A stretch of DNA of 64,000 nt from Candidatus Bathyarchaeota archaeon (GCA_963827165.1 CAWGZR010000005.1:704001-768000), one strand, 5' to 3'. Counted from the stretch's first letter, positions 38,081-48,029 are shown. Notes: generated by a model from the letters alone, not told the origin. Numbers and translations: made by a program.

Positions 38081-39073
38081 GTGGACGACGAAGCGTTACC
38101 TAAAGTTTCAATCATAGTTGCTTCATACAATAACGAGCAAACCATCGAGGAATGCCTCAAATCCGTCTTGGCCCTCGATTACCCCGCAAGCTCAATCGAA
38201 GTAATCGTGATGGACGGCGCCTCAAAGGACGCCACAGTGAAAAAGGCGCAGCAATACCCCATTAAAGTGGTCTCAATCCGCCTGAACGCGCCTGCCGCTT
38301 ACAACTACGCTATGAAAAACGTCGCGACAAACCAGATTTTAGGTTTCATCGACTCAGACGCGAAAGTCGAGCCCCAATGGCTGCGAAAACTTGTTCCCCG
38401 CTTAAGAGAACCACAAATTGCAGGGGTAAGCGGCAGCATAGAAACCTGGAACGTCGAAAACCCATGGGCCAGAAGCATCGGGTACGAACTCAAAAACCGC
38501 TACCAACGCATAGGCAAATATACGAACCGCATCGCTACCATGAATCTGCTCCTCAAAAAGGCAGTTATCGAGGAAGCTGGCGGTTGGGATGAGAATTTGC
38601 CGAGTCAGTACGATACGGATTTGGGTTTTCGTTTGAGTGCCAAAGGCTACAGGATCGCTTATGAACCAAGTGCGGTTTGTTATCACTACAATAGACCGAC
38701 GCTTACGTCTTACTACAGGCAGCAGCTCCAATATGGGAAGAACACTTTGAAGCTGTATTTCAAACATGGCGGTTTAGCGAAGGGCGATGAAATCACGGAT
38801 TTTGGGATGAACATTCAGCCCGTCCTCATTTTGGCGGTCATTGTCTTTTTCCTTGTAGGGATCGTCCCACCTGTAAGGCTTCTCTGGGCTGGCTCAGCTT
38901 TAATTATAGTCATAATGATTCTCTATTTCAATTATTGTGCGACTCGAATCGTCGTCAAATTCCATGACGCAAACGCTTTCCGTTTGGTTGTCTTGTATTT
39001 TGTTCGTGCATGGGCTTGGTTTGTCGGCGCAACAATAACCACCATTCTGTACGTTGCTGGGAGGCGTAAATGA
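38081..39073 (+). CDS. GT2 glycosyltransferase with C-terminal TM helices
   Basis: 'VASYNNE', 'DGASKD', 'FIDSD', 'GGWDE...YDTDL'; GTG start 38081 just after the previous stop. Confidence 0.88.
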   Translation: MDDEALPKVSIIVASYNNEQTIEECLKSVLALDYPASSIEVIVMDGASKDATVKKAQQYPIKVVSIRLNAPAAYNYAMKNVATNQILGFIDSDAKVEPQWLRKLVPRLREPQIAGVSGSIETWNVENPWARSIGYELKNRYQRIGKYTNRIATMNLLLKKAVIEEAGGWDENLPSQYDTDLGFRLSAKGYRIAYEPSAVCYHYNRPTLTSYYRQQLQYGKNTLKLYFKHGGLAKGDEITDFGMNIQPVLILAVIVFFLVGIVPPVRLLWAGSALIIVIMILYFNYCATRIVVKFHDANAFRLVVLYFVRAWAWFVGATITTILYVAGRRK

Positions 39074-40269
39074 TTCCCCCTAAGGTTTGCTTCATCTCGC
39101 CCGAGTATTGGCCTCTCACAGGAGGCACAGGCTCCTACGTCTACTACCTTTCCAACGAACTCCTCAAGAACGGCTACAAAATCTATGTTGTCACGGCAGG
39201 TAACCAAGCCCAAGACATCCAAGTCAACCCGCGACTAAACGTCTCTTTCCTTAAAATTCCCAAAACCCCCATTGTCAAATCGTTTATGCTTGCGGGCGCA
39301 AGCCACAGAAAACTCCAAAGTGTCCGCGACACCGCCGGCGTAGATGTCACCCATCCGCAGCTCCCGTTAACACCAAATTTTGCGGTGCCACCTAAATTTG
39401 GCAAAACCCTTGTATGCACTGTGCATTCAACGTGGAAAGGTGAAGCGGAAGCCATCCGAGGTGAACCTTACAGCCGCTTAAACGCCAACGAAAAGTTTCT
39501 TGTGAGTTTCAACAGATTTTTGAGGTTTTTTGAAGAAGGCATGCTTCATCGTGCACGAAGAATCATCGCGGTAAGCCACTTCACGAAATGGGAACTAACA
39601 ACCTACTATAAGATTCCTCCGAGCAAAATCCAAGTCATACACAACGGTGTTGACACGCGAAAGTTTCAACCAACCTCGGACAAACGCAAAGTCAAGCAGG
39701 AACTCGGATTCAACCCCGACGACTTGGCCATCGTATCAGTCGGCAGGCTCTACGCACGCAAAGGCTTATTTACGCTCATCGATAGCATGCCAACCGTCGT
39801 CAAAAGTTTCCCAAACGCGAAATTCATCGTTTCAGGCAAGGGACAAAGCGACGAAATGCACAAACTCACCGCCTATGCCGAGAAAATCGGGATGAGAGAC
39901 AACTTGGTTTTCACTGGTTACTATCCTGACAAGAAGTTGCCCCTGCTCTATCAAGCCGCAGATGTATTCGCTTTCAGCACCTTCTACGAACATCACCCCT
40001 TCGCAGTATTGGAAGCGCTTTCCACAGGTTTACCCGTAGTGACGACTCGTGTCGGCGGAATCTCCGAAACTATACAAAACGGCAAAAACGGCTTTTTAGT
40101 CGAGCCGTTCAAACCAAAGCAGTTCGCTGACAGAATCCTCTACCTCCTGGAGCATCCCGCGGAGGCCAAGGAAATGGGGGCGCTTGCGAGAAAAACTGTT
40201 CTTGATGAATATGATTGGCGAATAGTCGTCAAAGATGCCATGAAAGTATACGATAAAGCGCTGAGCTAA
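39070..40269 (+). CDS. GT4 (GT-B) glycosyltransferase
   Basis: 'EYWPLTGGTG', 'HNGVD', 'VGRL..RKG', 'EALSTGLPVV'. Confidence 0.9.
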   Translation: MIPPKVCFISPEYWPLTGGTGSYVYYLSNELLKNGYKIYVVTAGNQAQDIQVNPRLNVSFLKIPKTPIVKSFMLAGASHRKLQSVRDTAGVDVTHPQLPLTPNFAVPPKFGKTLVCTVHSTWKGEAEAIRGEPYSRLNANEKFLVSFNRFLRFFEEGMLHRARRIIAVSHFTKWELTTYYKIPPSKIQVIHNGVDTRKFQPTSDKRKVKQELGFNPDDLAIVSVGRLYARKGLFTLIDSMPTVVKSFPNAKFIVSGKGQSDEMHKLTAYAEKIGMRDNLVFTGYYPDKKLPLLYQAADVFAFSTFYEHHPFAVLEALSTGLPVVTTRVGGISETIQNGKNGFLVEPFKPKQFADRILYLLEHPAEAKEMGALARKTVLDEYDWRIVVKDAMKVYDKALS

Positions 40270-41216
40270 GCGATTTGAACTGGCTCTTTTCTATATGCCA
40301 TCGTGACCTTCTGGAACAGCTTAACAATATCAAGCGAGCAAAAAAAGAATTTCGTAAGTAACTCATGCTGATAAATCATCATTTGCGCTTTCACTGGTAA
40401 ATCGATCCTAGGCGGCTCAAACCTGTGTTTAACAGTGGCAATAGGCAAACCTTCAAGTCTGATGTCGTCTTCGGCCATGCTCGTTTTGTCGGCAATGTAG
40501 CCGAGATAGGTTTCTTTCCAGTTTAGCCGCATGATTTTGGCGGCTGTAACATCAACTGCTAAAGCGTCGTTGCCAATCAGCATCAACCCCATCTTGACCG
40601 GTTTGCCTTTGGTGGGTCCGTTGCCTTCGATTCCAACTCTTGCATCCATAATTGTCAGTTGCGGTTTGAACAATGTGTAGAGGCGGTAGAAGACTTCAGG
40701 CAAGAATGGATGCAGGTAGATGCGTTTGTTGCTAGGTACGCAGCCAAAGAGGTTTTTGACTGCGCCGCTATAAGCCATAAATTCATGCGTCTTCATTAAA
40801 GGCAAATCCACCACAGCGTCGGCTTCTAGGACGGTTTTGGGTAGGAACAGCCGCTTCAATGGAGTGTTGCTTTGAAATTTTACTTCGACGACTTTGTCTT
40901 CGGAGAGATTTATGACACTGCCGCCTCCAGCTTCCACTGCGGCTTGTACGCCTGTTTTATCGAACGCCGTCCAGCAGGGATAGTTAAACCCATTAGATTC
41001 ACCCACGAGGACCTCGCTGTTGCCGTCACGGAGCAAGCCGACGAGCTGTTTCATCAGCTCTGGGCTTGTCACGACACCCGGCAGGTATTCGGGGTGGCTT
41101 AAGTTAGGTTTTATGAAAATTTTTCCCTTACCTCCCAACCCAGATTTAGCGACGGCTTCCTTAACGATCTGGCTTATGTCATCTGTTGCACGGGAAATCT
41201 TAACGGTTTTCTGCAT
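40266..41216 (-). CDS. DUF362-family Fe-S protein
   Basis: 'IKPNL...VVTSP', 'LPLMKTH....SGAVKNLFGC', 'EGNGP..G'; ATG 41216. Confidence 0.8.
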   Translation of the reverse strand: MQKTVKISRATDDISQIVKEAVAKSGLGGKGKIFIKPNLSHPEYLPGVVTSPELMKQLVGLLRDGNSEVLVGESNGFNYPCWTAFDKTGVQAAVEAGGGSVINLSEDKVVEVKFQSNTPLKRLFLPKTVLEADAVVDLPLMKTHEFMAYSGAVKNLFGCVPSNKRIYLHPFLPEVFYRLYTLFKPQLTIMDARVGIEGNGPTKGKPVKMGLMLIGNDALAVDVTAAKIMRLNWKETYLGYIADKTSMAEDDIRLEGLPIATVKHRFEPPRIDLPVKAQMMIYQHELLTKFFFCSLDIVKLFQKVTMAYRKEPVQIA

Positions 41217-41220
41217 TTGT

Positions 41221-42654
41221 TCAGAAATTTTTTGCAGCCTCCGCTTGTTTTCCCATAATGCAACCTGGGTCAGAATTGAACATGTCACCGTTGTGGTACG
41301 CGGCTGAGCGTGCCCTGCAACCACCGCAGACGTACTTGTAAGTGCATTTTCCGCAAGCTCCCTTGAGGTTGCCTCGGTTCCGCAGTGATTTGAATAGGGG
41401 CGCGTTTAACCAGATGTCTTGGAACTTTTCGGTTTTGAGGTTGCCGACTTTCACTGGCAAAAACACGCAGGGATGAACATCTCCTTGAGGCGACAATGAA
41501 CAGTAGAGTCTGCCAGCCCCGCAGCCGCCAATGAAGTCCGCAAGCGGGACAGCTTTCTTGGTTACTTTGACGGTTTGCATGTGAGCCATAGACATGGTGA
41601 CATCGCCTGTGCCCTCAGGTCCCTGACATTGCAGTCCAACTCGGGCCAGCTGAGGCGCAGTGGTAAGAATTGTTGTTTTGCATCCTTTCGACATGCGGGC
41701 GAGGAGGTAATGCATGAGCTTTTCGCGTTCTTCAGGCGACAAGTCATCGTCGTAGTGTTCTTTGCCCCTGCCTGTGGGGATAAAGTTGAAGTAAGTGAAA
41801 CGTTCCGCGCCGACTTCTTCGGCAAAAGAAACAATCGCTGGAAACTCTTCAAAATTGTTCTTAGTCGCCGTCGAAGCAATACACACGCATAAGTCGGCTT
41901 CAACGCAGTTTTTAAGCCCAGCAACTGCCCTGTCAAATGCGCCTGGTACGCCTCGGAAGTCATCATGCGTCTTCGCAGACGCTCCATCAATGCTGATGTC
42001 AAGGTAATTGACTTTGGCTTGCTTGAGCTTTTGCACGTTTTCCTTGGTCAGCAAAGTGCCATTGGTAGCTACCGAAACGTAAAGTCCTCGGTCAGCAGCA
42101 TACCGAGCAACTTCAAAGAAGTCTTTGCGGGTCAAGGGTTCGCCGCCTGAGAAAGCCAATGCAGTCACCCCCGCGTCTGCAAGCTGATCAACAACCGTCT
42201 TTGCCTGCTCTGTCGTAAGTTCCTTCTCGTCTTCAGCGCCACTGTTCGAGTAGCAGTGTTTGCATCTGAGGTTGCATTTGTGAGTGAAATCCCAAACGAT
42301 AAGGAAGGGGGCATAAAGGGAAATGGGTTTTTTAATGCCAATATAGCCGAAGCTTTTAGTCAAGTTCAAAACCGCTCGGCGTGCGTACGGATCAGAGAGG
42401 AGCTTCTCAACTTTTTCACGTTTTATGTTTAGGCTACGCCTAAGGAACTCAACCCAGAAACCTATGATCTGCGAGTACAGGATGCTGCACTTTGGGCAGA
42501 TGTGCTCTGTTTTTCCCGAGTAAGAATCCAACGCCGCTTCCAGCACGGTTCTGCCACAAGCTTGGCATTTCCGAAGCGATAACCGTAGCATCCGCTTAGT
42601 CATAGGCAGCGTTATCACCGCATTCCAGAAGCTATCATGGCTAAGCAGACTCAT
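41221..42654 (-). CDS. Radical SAM/SPASM protein with N-terminal Cys-containing extension (candidate GMGT-synthase-like)
   Basis: N-terminal CxxC...CxxC; 'APFLIVWDFTHKCNLRCKHCY'; SPASM 'GGCGAGRLYC...PC...CGKC..KYVCGGCR...C'. Confidence 0.85.
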   Translation of the reverse strand: MSLLSHDSFWNAVITLPMTKRMLRLSLRKCQACGRTVLEAALDSYSGKTEHICPKCSILYSQIIGFWVEFLRRSLNIKREKVEKLLSDPYARRAVLNLTKSFGYIGIKKPISLYAPFLIVWDFTHKCNLRCKHCYSNSGAEDEKELTTEQAKTVVDQLADAGVTALAFSGGEPLTRKDFFEVARYAADRGLYVSVATNGTLLTKENVQKLKQAKVNYLDISIDGASAKTHDDFRGVPGAFDRAVAGLKNCVEADLCVCIASTATKNNFEEFPAIVSFAEEVGAERFTYFNFIPTGRGKEHYDDDLSPEEREKLMHYLLARMSKGCKTTILTTAPQLARVGLQCQGPEGTGDVTMSMAHMQTVKVTKKAVPLADFIGGCGAGRLYCSLSPQGDVHPCVFLPVKVGNLKTEKFQDIWLNAPLFKSLRNRGNLKGACGKCTYKYVCGGCRARSAAYHNGDMFNSDPGCIMGKQAEAAKNF

Positions 42655-42720
42655 CCAAGGCAGATCTCCCGAAACACTAACAGGTTTAGAGTAGGCTTTG
42701 ACGGGATGTTAAATATTTCC

Positions 42721-43344
42721 CTAAACATAGACTTTGCTTTTCAGGATTTTTTCCGCTATTTCCAGGTCTTTAAGCGTGTTAATGTTAAGAAGCACTTCAA
42801 GTTCCTGAGTGATCAGGGCGTTTGTTTCTATCTTTCCTTCCATTTGGCATTTTGCGCCGTTGATGACGTTTACACCCGAGACAGCGTACCAATGTCCATT
42901 GTACTCGTCGGTGGAATCAACGGAGAGCCCCAACGATTCGCGTGCCTTGATCGGCACAAAAACCGCGTAGAAGTCAGTGTTGCATTCTTGGAACTGGCCA
43001 ATGATTTTGTCAAGGAAATTGCCTGTGATAGCTGGAGAATCCGCTGGAATCGTCAAAACAGGACCCATCAACTTGGCTTCACGCGTTGCCTGCTTCAAAT
43101 CATTATGATATCCTTTAGCGTCGGTTCGCAGAACCTTCCATCCCCTGCTTAGACAGTGCTTCTCCGTTTCAGGCGTATTCGGGCTAGTTACCACATAAAA
43201 TTCGGAAACCTTTTCGGCACTCGCGACTGCTTCCCCCACCCAGTCTAGTAACGGTTTACCCAGAAAAGGCAAAAGCGGCTTCTCAACCGGTAACCCGATG
43301 CGTATGCCTTTGCCGCCAGCCATAATCAACGCGGGAACCTTCAT
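42721..43344 (-). CDS. cobY: CobY-like NTP transferase (adenosylcobinamide-phosphate guanylyltransferase family), copy 1
   Basis: 'MAGGKGIR...EKPLL', 'PADSP', 'SGVNVI', 'NINTLKDL'; overlaps the cobS-like gene. Confidence 0.75.
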   Translation of the reverse strand: MKVPALIMAGGKGIRIGLPVEKPLLPFLGKPLLDWVGEAVASAEKVSEFYVVTSPNTPETEKHCLSRGWKVLRTDAKGYHNDLKQATREAKLMGPVLTIPADSPAITGNFLDKIIGQFQECNTDFYAVFVPIKARESLGLSVDSTDEYNGHWYAVSGVNVINGAKCQMEGKIETNALITQELEVLLNINTLKDLEIAEKILKSKVYV

Positions 43345-44171
43345 AGAAGAATTAACACGCCCGCAAACAAAATAAGCGTAACTGCGCGAGCCACTTCATT
43401 GGTGGCACCAATCATGTCGCCTGAAACCCCCCCGAAAATCTTTTCTGCAACTTTCTCCATGACCAAAGCCACTGGGATGCTGACCAAAACCAACCCAACC
43501 GCGACTAAGCCCACAATGGGTTTGCCTATCAATGCGAAATAGGGGAAAACAATCAATATGCAGAGTATGTAGGCGATTATGTTGAGTTTGTTTTTTGCCT
43601 TCTGCAGGAAAATTGAGCCTAACCCTTTATGTGTAGGCTTTCCAATCCAAACGATTGTGACCATGGACAGTTTGGCCGACAGTTCTGCGGCGAGGATGGC
43701 TCCGAAAGCGTAAAGCGGGCTTATCAAAAACAAGCCTGCAAAAGCAGCGAACTCGACAACCAACGCCAACACCGCGCCCCAGTAAGTTACAGTCCAAGCA
43801 TGCGCGACCATTTTGCGGTCATGAAGGCTTCTCAGTCCGAAGGCGTTGCCTAGGTCGATTAGGCCGTCAAAATGTTGGAGTCCTGTGAGAACAAGCAGAA
43901 AAGCCACTGTCATCGCGGCGACCGCAAGCTTCGACAATGTGTCAATTGGCAAGGCAACAAGAGGGTTAACTAAACCAAGCAGGAATTGGACAATGACATT
44001 TGCCCCAAGAAAATAGGTGCCTGCAAGCGTGCCAATTAAGCCGCCGATGATGGGAAAAAGGTAAACGTGCTCCGCCGTCGTGAAGATAAAGTCTTCTTTT
44101 CCCCCTGTAGGGATAATTGTTAGGAAAGACAGCAAATCCCTAAAAGTTTTTATAGCTTTCTCAGGGGACAT
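43341..44171 (-). CDS. CobS-like membrane protein (cobamide synthase family), divergent copy 1
   Basis: 'SFLTIIP', 'FPIIG', 'TGLQHFDGLIDLGN', 'FGGVSGDMIGATNE'; some conserved residues altered. Confidence 0.75.
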   Translation of the reverse strand: MSPEKAIKTFRDLLSFLTIIPTGGKEDFIFTTAEHVYLFPIIGGLIGTLAGTYFLGANVIVQFLLGLVNPLVALPIDTLSKLAVAAMTVAFLLVLTGLQHFDGLIDLGNAFGLRSLHDRKMVAHAWTVTYWGAVLALVVEFAAFAGLFLISPLYAFGAILAAELSAKLSMVTIVWIGKPTHKGLGSIFLQKAKNKLNIIAYILCILIVFPYFALIGKPIVGLVAVGLVLVSIPVALVMEKVAEKIFGGVSGDMIGATNEVARAVTLILFAGVLILL

Positions 44172-44209
44172 ATACCCTACACTAATTAAAAGGAAATATA
44201 GACTTTGTC

Positions 44210-45148
44210 GTGGTAGCTATGGGGGAACTTAAGGGGAGAAAAATACTTGTAACGGGTGGAGCAGGGTTCATCGGATTCCATCTATGTACGCGTCTTTCAG
44301 CTTTATCTTCTGATTTAACGATCTACGATGACTTGTCAAGCGGCAAAATGGAAAACGTCAAAGACGTTGGCAAAGCAAAGTTTGTAGAAGGCAACATTCT
44401 GGATCAAAAAAAGCTGCTTTCACTGGAAAAGCCAGATTTGATTTACCATCTAGCAGCCCAAGTAGTTGTCCCCTACAGCATGGAAAACCCAATGATAGAT
44501 TTTGAAACCAACGCCAAAGGAACCCTGCAAGTTCTGGAAAAAGCCCGCAAAGACGACGCTAAACTCGTCTTTTCATCAAGCGCAGCAGTTTACGGAAATC
44601 CAAGTGTGTTTCCAACACCCGAAACCTACGGGTTCCATCCATTTTCGTGCTACGGATTATCCAAGGTAGTTGGCGAAGAATACTGTGAAATGTACCGTGA
44701 CCAATACGGGTTAGACGTCACCATAATGAGGTTCGCTAACGTCTATGGATTAAGGTGCCACGGTGTAATTCACGACTTTTTAGATAAAATAGCCAAAAAC
44801 CCGAACAAACTTGAGATAATCGGTACGGGGTTGCAGTCCCGCGATTTCGTGCATGTTTCAGATGTGGTTGACGCACTCATAACAGTGGGCTCAGAAGAAT
44901 TCACTAATGGCAGAACCTACAACTTAGGCTATGGGACAACGATAAAAATAATCGATCTCGCCCACCTTATGCTTAAAATTCTAAACTTACAAGATAAAAC
45001 GGTCGTGACAACAACAGGTGTCTCTTGGCAGGGCGACGTAACTACAATATGGTTTGATAATACCAAGGCTAAGAGAGAGTTGAAGTGGAATCCCAAAGTA
45101 AGCCTTGAAGACAGTATCAAAGAAGTCATTGCTGACAGGAAACTATAA
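44210..45148 (+). CDS. NAD-dependent NDP-sugar epimerase/dehydratase (GalE-like)
   Basis: 'VTGGAGFIG', 'SSAAVYG', YxxxK 'YGLSK', 'RFANVYG', 'RDFVHV'. Confidence 0.92.
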   Translation: MVAMGELKGRKILVTGGAGFIGFHLCTRLSALSSDLTIYDDLSSGKMENVKDVGKAKFVEGNILDQKKLLSLEKPDLIYHLAAQVVVPYSMENPMIDFETNAKGTLQVLEKARKDDAKLVFSSSAAVYGNPSVFPTPETYGFHPFSCYGLSKVVGEEYCEMYRDQYGLDVTIMRFANVYGLRCHGVIHDFLDKIAKNPNKLEIIGTGLQSRDFVHVSDVVDALITVGSEEFTNGRTYNLGYGTTIKIIDLAHLMLKILNLQDKTVVTTTGVSWQGDVTTIWFDNTKAKRELKWNPKVSLEDSIKEVIADRKL

Positions 45149-46035
45149 TGGCTGCTCCCGCCCCGGCCAGAGGGCTAATCGCTCTTCTGAGGCTCCCCTA
45201 CTGGCTGATGACAGGCGGCTTATCTCTACTAACCGCGTTCGCAATCGCAAAAAACCCCGCGAACCTAAGCGCACAAACTATTCTGCTGATTTTCTTTTCA
45301 ATGGCATTCATCACGTCGGCGGGCTTCGCGATAAACGATTATTTCGACCGAGAAAGTGACGCCCTTATCAAGCCGAAACGTCCCATACCGTCGGGGGCCT
45401 TATCTTTGAAGCAGGTGATGGCTGTTTCAGGCGTTTTGTTCGCTGCTGGATTAGCTATGTCCTTTTTCATTAACTGGTTAAGTTTCGCAATAATCGCAGC
45501 AGACTCTGCTTTGCTTCTAGTTTACTCAACGCTTGTTAAACGCAAGTCAGGGTTCGCAGCCAACGTTATGGTTGGGATTTTGACGGGCACAGCTTTTATG
45601 TACGGCGAAGCCACAATATCGAGTCCTCCAGCAGTAACCATAATCTCCTTAAGTCTTTACCCCATAGCTCTGGGCACTATCGGCGGCAACGTACTTCGCG
45701 ATGTGCTAAGTCTTGACGGCGACCGAAAAACTGGTTACCCCACACTTCCACAGAAAATCGGCATCGGCAATTCGGCGAAGGCTGCCGCTGGGTTATTCCT
45801 GTTGACCGGTTTGCTTGCGCCTTTGCCTTTTTTCGTAGGCAACTTTAACTTTTACTATTTGATACCCATCGTGGCTTGGAGTGTCCTCTTAATCTACTCG
45901 TCTGTTCGTCTAGTTACCGCTGCTTCAACCGTTGCAAACGTGAGAAAATATGAACGAATAGTAACTATGTCGATGATTCTGCTCCCGCTAGCGTTGATTC
46001 TTCAGGCGGCATCCCACTTGATCGGAGGGCTGTAA
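45148..46035 (+). CDS. UbiA-family prenyltransferase, DGGGP synthase-like
   Basis: 'INDYFDRESD...KPKRPIPSG', about 8 TM helices, second motif 'RDVLSLDGD..GYPTLP'. Confidence 0.82.
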   Translation: MAAPAPARGLIALLRLPYWLMTGGLSLLTAFAIAKNPANLSAQTILLIFFSMAFITSAGFAINDYFDRESDALIKPKRPIPSGALSLKQVMAVSGVLFAAGLAMSFFINWLSFAIIAADSALLLVYSTLVKRKSGFAANVMVGILTGTAFMYGEATISSPPAVTIISLSLYPIALGTIGGNVLRDVLSLDGDRKTGYPTLPQKIGIGNSAKAAAGLFLLTGLLAPLPFFVGNFNFYYLIPIVAWSVLLIYSSVRLVTAASTVANVRKYERIVTMSMILLPLALILQAASHLIGGL

Positions 46036-47508
46036 GTGAGCGAAACCAAAAGCATCTGCCCAGAATGCCAGAAAAAAATAGACGCCCAACTACGGCAAGC
46101 CAACGGTAAAATAAAAATCACCAAGCATTGCCCAGAACACGGCGAATTCGAAGCTACACACTGGCAAAGCACACCCGTCTTTAATCACATGCAAACCTAC
46201 GATCAATTTCAGTACCTGGGAGATTTAAACGCTTCAAAAAACCCTGAAGGTTGCCCCTACGTCTGCGAAACTTGCAACAAGCATGCTTCAGGAACAGTTA
46301 TTGGAGTAATCGACGTGACGAAACGTTGCAACCTTCGTTGCGCAATCTGCTTCTCAACATTTCCCGAGCAAGGTAACGATTACGAGCCAACCAAGGAACA
46401 TCTCATAAAAATGCTTGAGTTCGTGAGCCAAGCAAACCCCAAGCCTCCTGCCATTCTGTTTTCAGGCGGAGAACCCCTTGAACGCGAGGACATGCCCGAA
46501 ATTGTCGGCGCCGCCCACAGACTAAAGTTCATGACTATTCTAGCAACCAACGGGACTCATTTGGTTGACACCCCGGGGCTAGCAAAGAAGCTCAAAGACA
46601 AAGGCTTGAACATTGTTTATTTGTCATTTGACAGCTTCCATGACGATTTTAACAAGAAGATTAGAGGAAAGGCGCTGCTTGAGGAAAAACTCAAAGCAAT
46701 AGAGGTTTGCCGCAAGCATGACATGGAAATCATCTTGGTTAATACGTTGATGAAAAGTCTTAACGATAAGGAAGTTGGCGACATGATACGGTTCGCCGCT
46801 AAAAACACGGACATAGTGCGGGGCTTAATCTTCCAGCCAATAGCCTTCACCGGTAGAGCCACGGAGAACCCTTTCCGCGAAAACTTCCGCGAATGGTCCT
46901 TTGCCGAAGACGTTGAAAAACAAACAGGCGGCGAAATCAAAGCAACCGATTTGTATCCCATGTCAGTTATGACGTCGCCGATCAAGATAATGCGAAAATT
47001 CATGAAAAAGCCTTGGCCCCTGTTTTCATGCAGCCCGCAGTGTGGAATTGTAAACTGGATTTACGTTTCTAAAGAGGGCAAAATGTTCCCTATCAACCGG
47101 TTTGTCAACTTTGATCGTTTCTTCTCAACCATTAGAAAAACTGCCGAGTCCGCCGAATCCAAAGGCAAACTCTCGCTGCTCTCTTCACTGTTTATGGCGT
47201 CTATGCTTTCGATGGATATGCTTCTTGTGACGCAAGAAGTGGGTATGCTTACGCTCCTGAATTCGATCATGCGTATGCATCTTTCACCTTCATATCAGTC
47301 ACTTGGCAAAATCCGAAGAAGAATCTTTCTTTTGGGCTGCATGGCTTTTATGGATTCATATAATTTCGATGTAAACCGCGTAAGACGCTGTGTAGTCCAC
47401 TACATTACACCAGACCTGAAAATCATACCTTTCTGCGCCTACAACAATATCCACCGGGTGGCAATCGAAAAAGAATATGCGGAAAAGCAAAAGAAAACTC
47501 AAGCTTGA
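46036..47508 (+). CDS. tes: Tetraether lipid synthase Tes / GDGT-MAS (MJ0619-family radical SAM)
   Basis: N-terminal 'CPEC...CPEH', 'GCPYVCETC..H', 'DVTKRCNLRCAIC', 'SCSPQCG', C-terminal 'FMDSYNFDV.RV.RC.VHY..PD..IIPFC.YN'. Confidence 0.8.
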   Translation: MSETKSICPECQKKIDAQLRQANGKIKITKHCPEHGEFEATHWQSTPVFNHMQTYDQFQYLGDLNASKNPEGCPYVCETCNKHASGTVIGVIDVTKRCNLRCAICFSTFPEQGNDYEPTKEHLIKMLEFVSQANPKPPAILFSGGEPLEREDMPEIVGAAHRLKFMTILATNGTHLVDTPGLAKKLKDKGLNIVYLSFDSFHDDFNKKIRGKALLEEKLKAIEVCRKHDMEIILVNTLMKSLNDKEVGDMIRFAAKNTDIVRGLIFQPIAFTGRATENPFRENFREWSFAEDVEKQTGGEIKATDLYPMSVMTSPIKIMRKFMKKPWPLFSCSPQCGIVNWIYVSKEGKMFPINRFVNFDRFFSTIRKTAESAESKGKLSLLSSLFMASMLSMDMLLVTQEVGMLTLLNSIMRMHLSPSYQSLGKIRRRIFLLGCMAFMDSYNFDVNRVRRCVVHYITPDLKIIPFCAYNNIHRVAIEKEYAEKQKKTQA

Positions 47509-48029
47509 TTTGTAACTTGAATTGGCAAAACGCAGTAGTCATACGTAAACTGGTATGTGCCGCCATCGGCGGGGTTGAATGTGTACAGTTCAAAAACAAC
47601 CCAGTAGCTGCCGACCTGATTCTCTGTGACTGTGATTGACTGATGCCAGCTTGCTCCATTCTTTAGCGTCATGTTGCATGTTTCGGCGGCTGGGGCGTTC
47701 ACTGGAAAAGAGTTAAGATTCGGGGTTATTTTCACCAAAACTTGGTACTGAACGGTCCAACCCATGTTGTTAACGACGGTTAATGGGACGGTAAAGGTGC
47801 TATTCTGATTGGCGACTAAAAGCTGTGGGTAATTCGCCGCTTTATTTTGTGCGTCAAGCAGGTAAATCGTGCTGTATCCTTCAGGCGCCGGCTTAAAGAT
47901 AACGTAGTAGCCGACAAGCATAGATGAGATGATGATCAAGGCGAGAGCGATGGCGACTAAGTAGCCTTTGTCATCGTTTAAGCCGATTTTCTCTCCAATG
48001 CTTTTGACACGTTCTAACTGTATCCGCAT
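47499..48029 (-). CDS. DUF1616-like membrane-anchored protein
   Basis: N-terminal TM, 'EGYSTIYLLD...A.NYP', 'VFELY'; start uncertain. Confidence 0.6.
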   Translation of the reverse strand: MRIQLERVKSIGEKIGLNDDKGYLVAIALALIIISSMLVGYYVIFKPAPEGYSTIYLLDAQNKAANYPQLLVANQNSTFTVPLTVVNNMGWTVQYQVLVKITPNLNSFPVNAPAAETCNMTLKNGASWHQSITVTENQVGSYWVVFELYTFNPADGGTYQFTYDYCVLPIQVTNQA

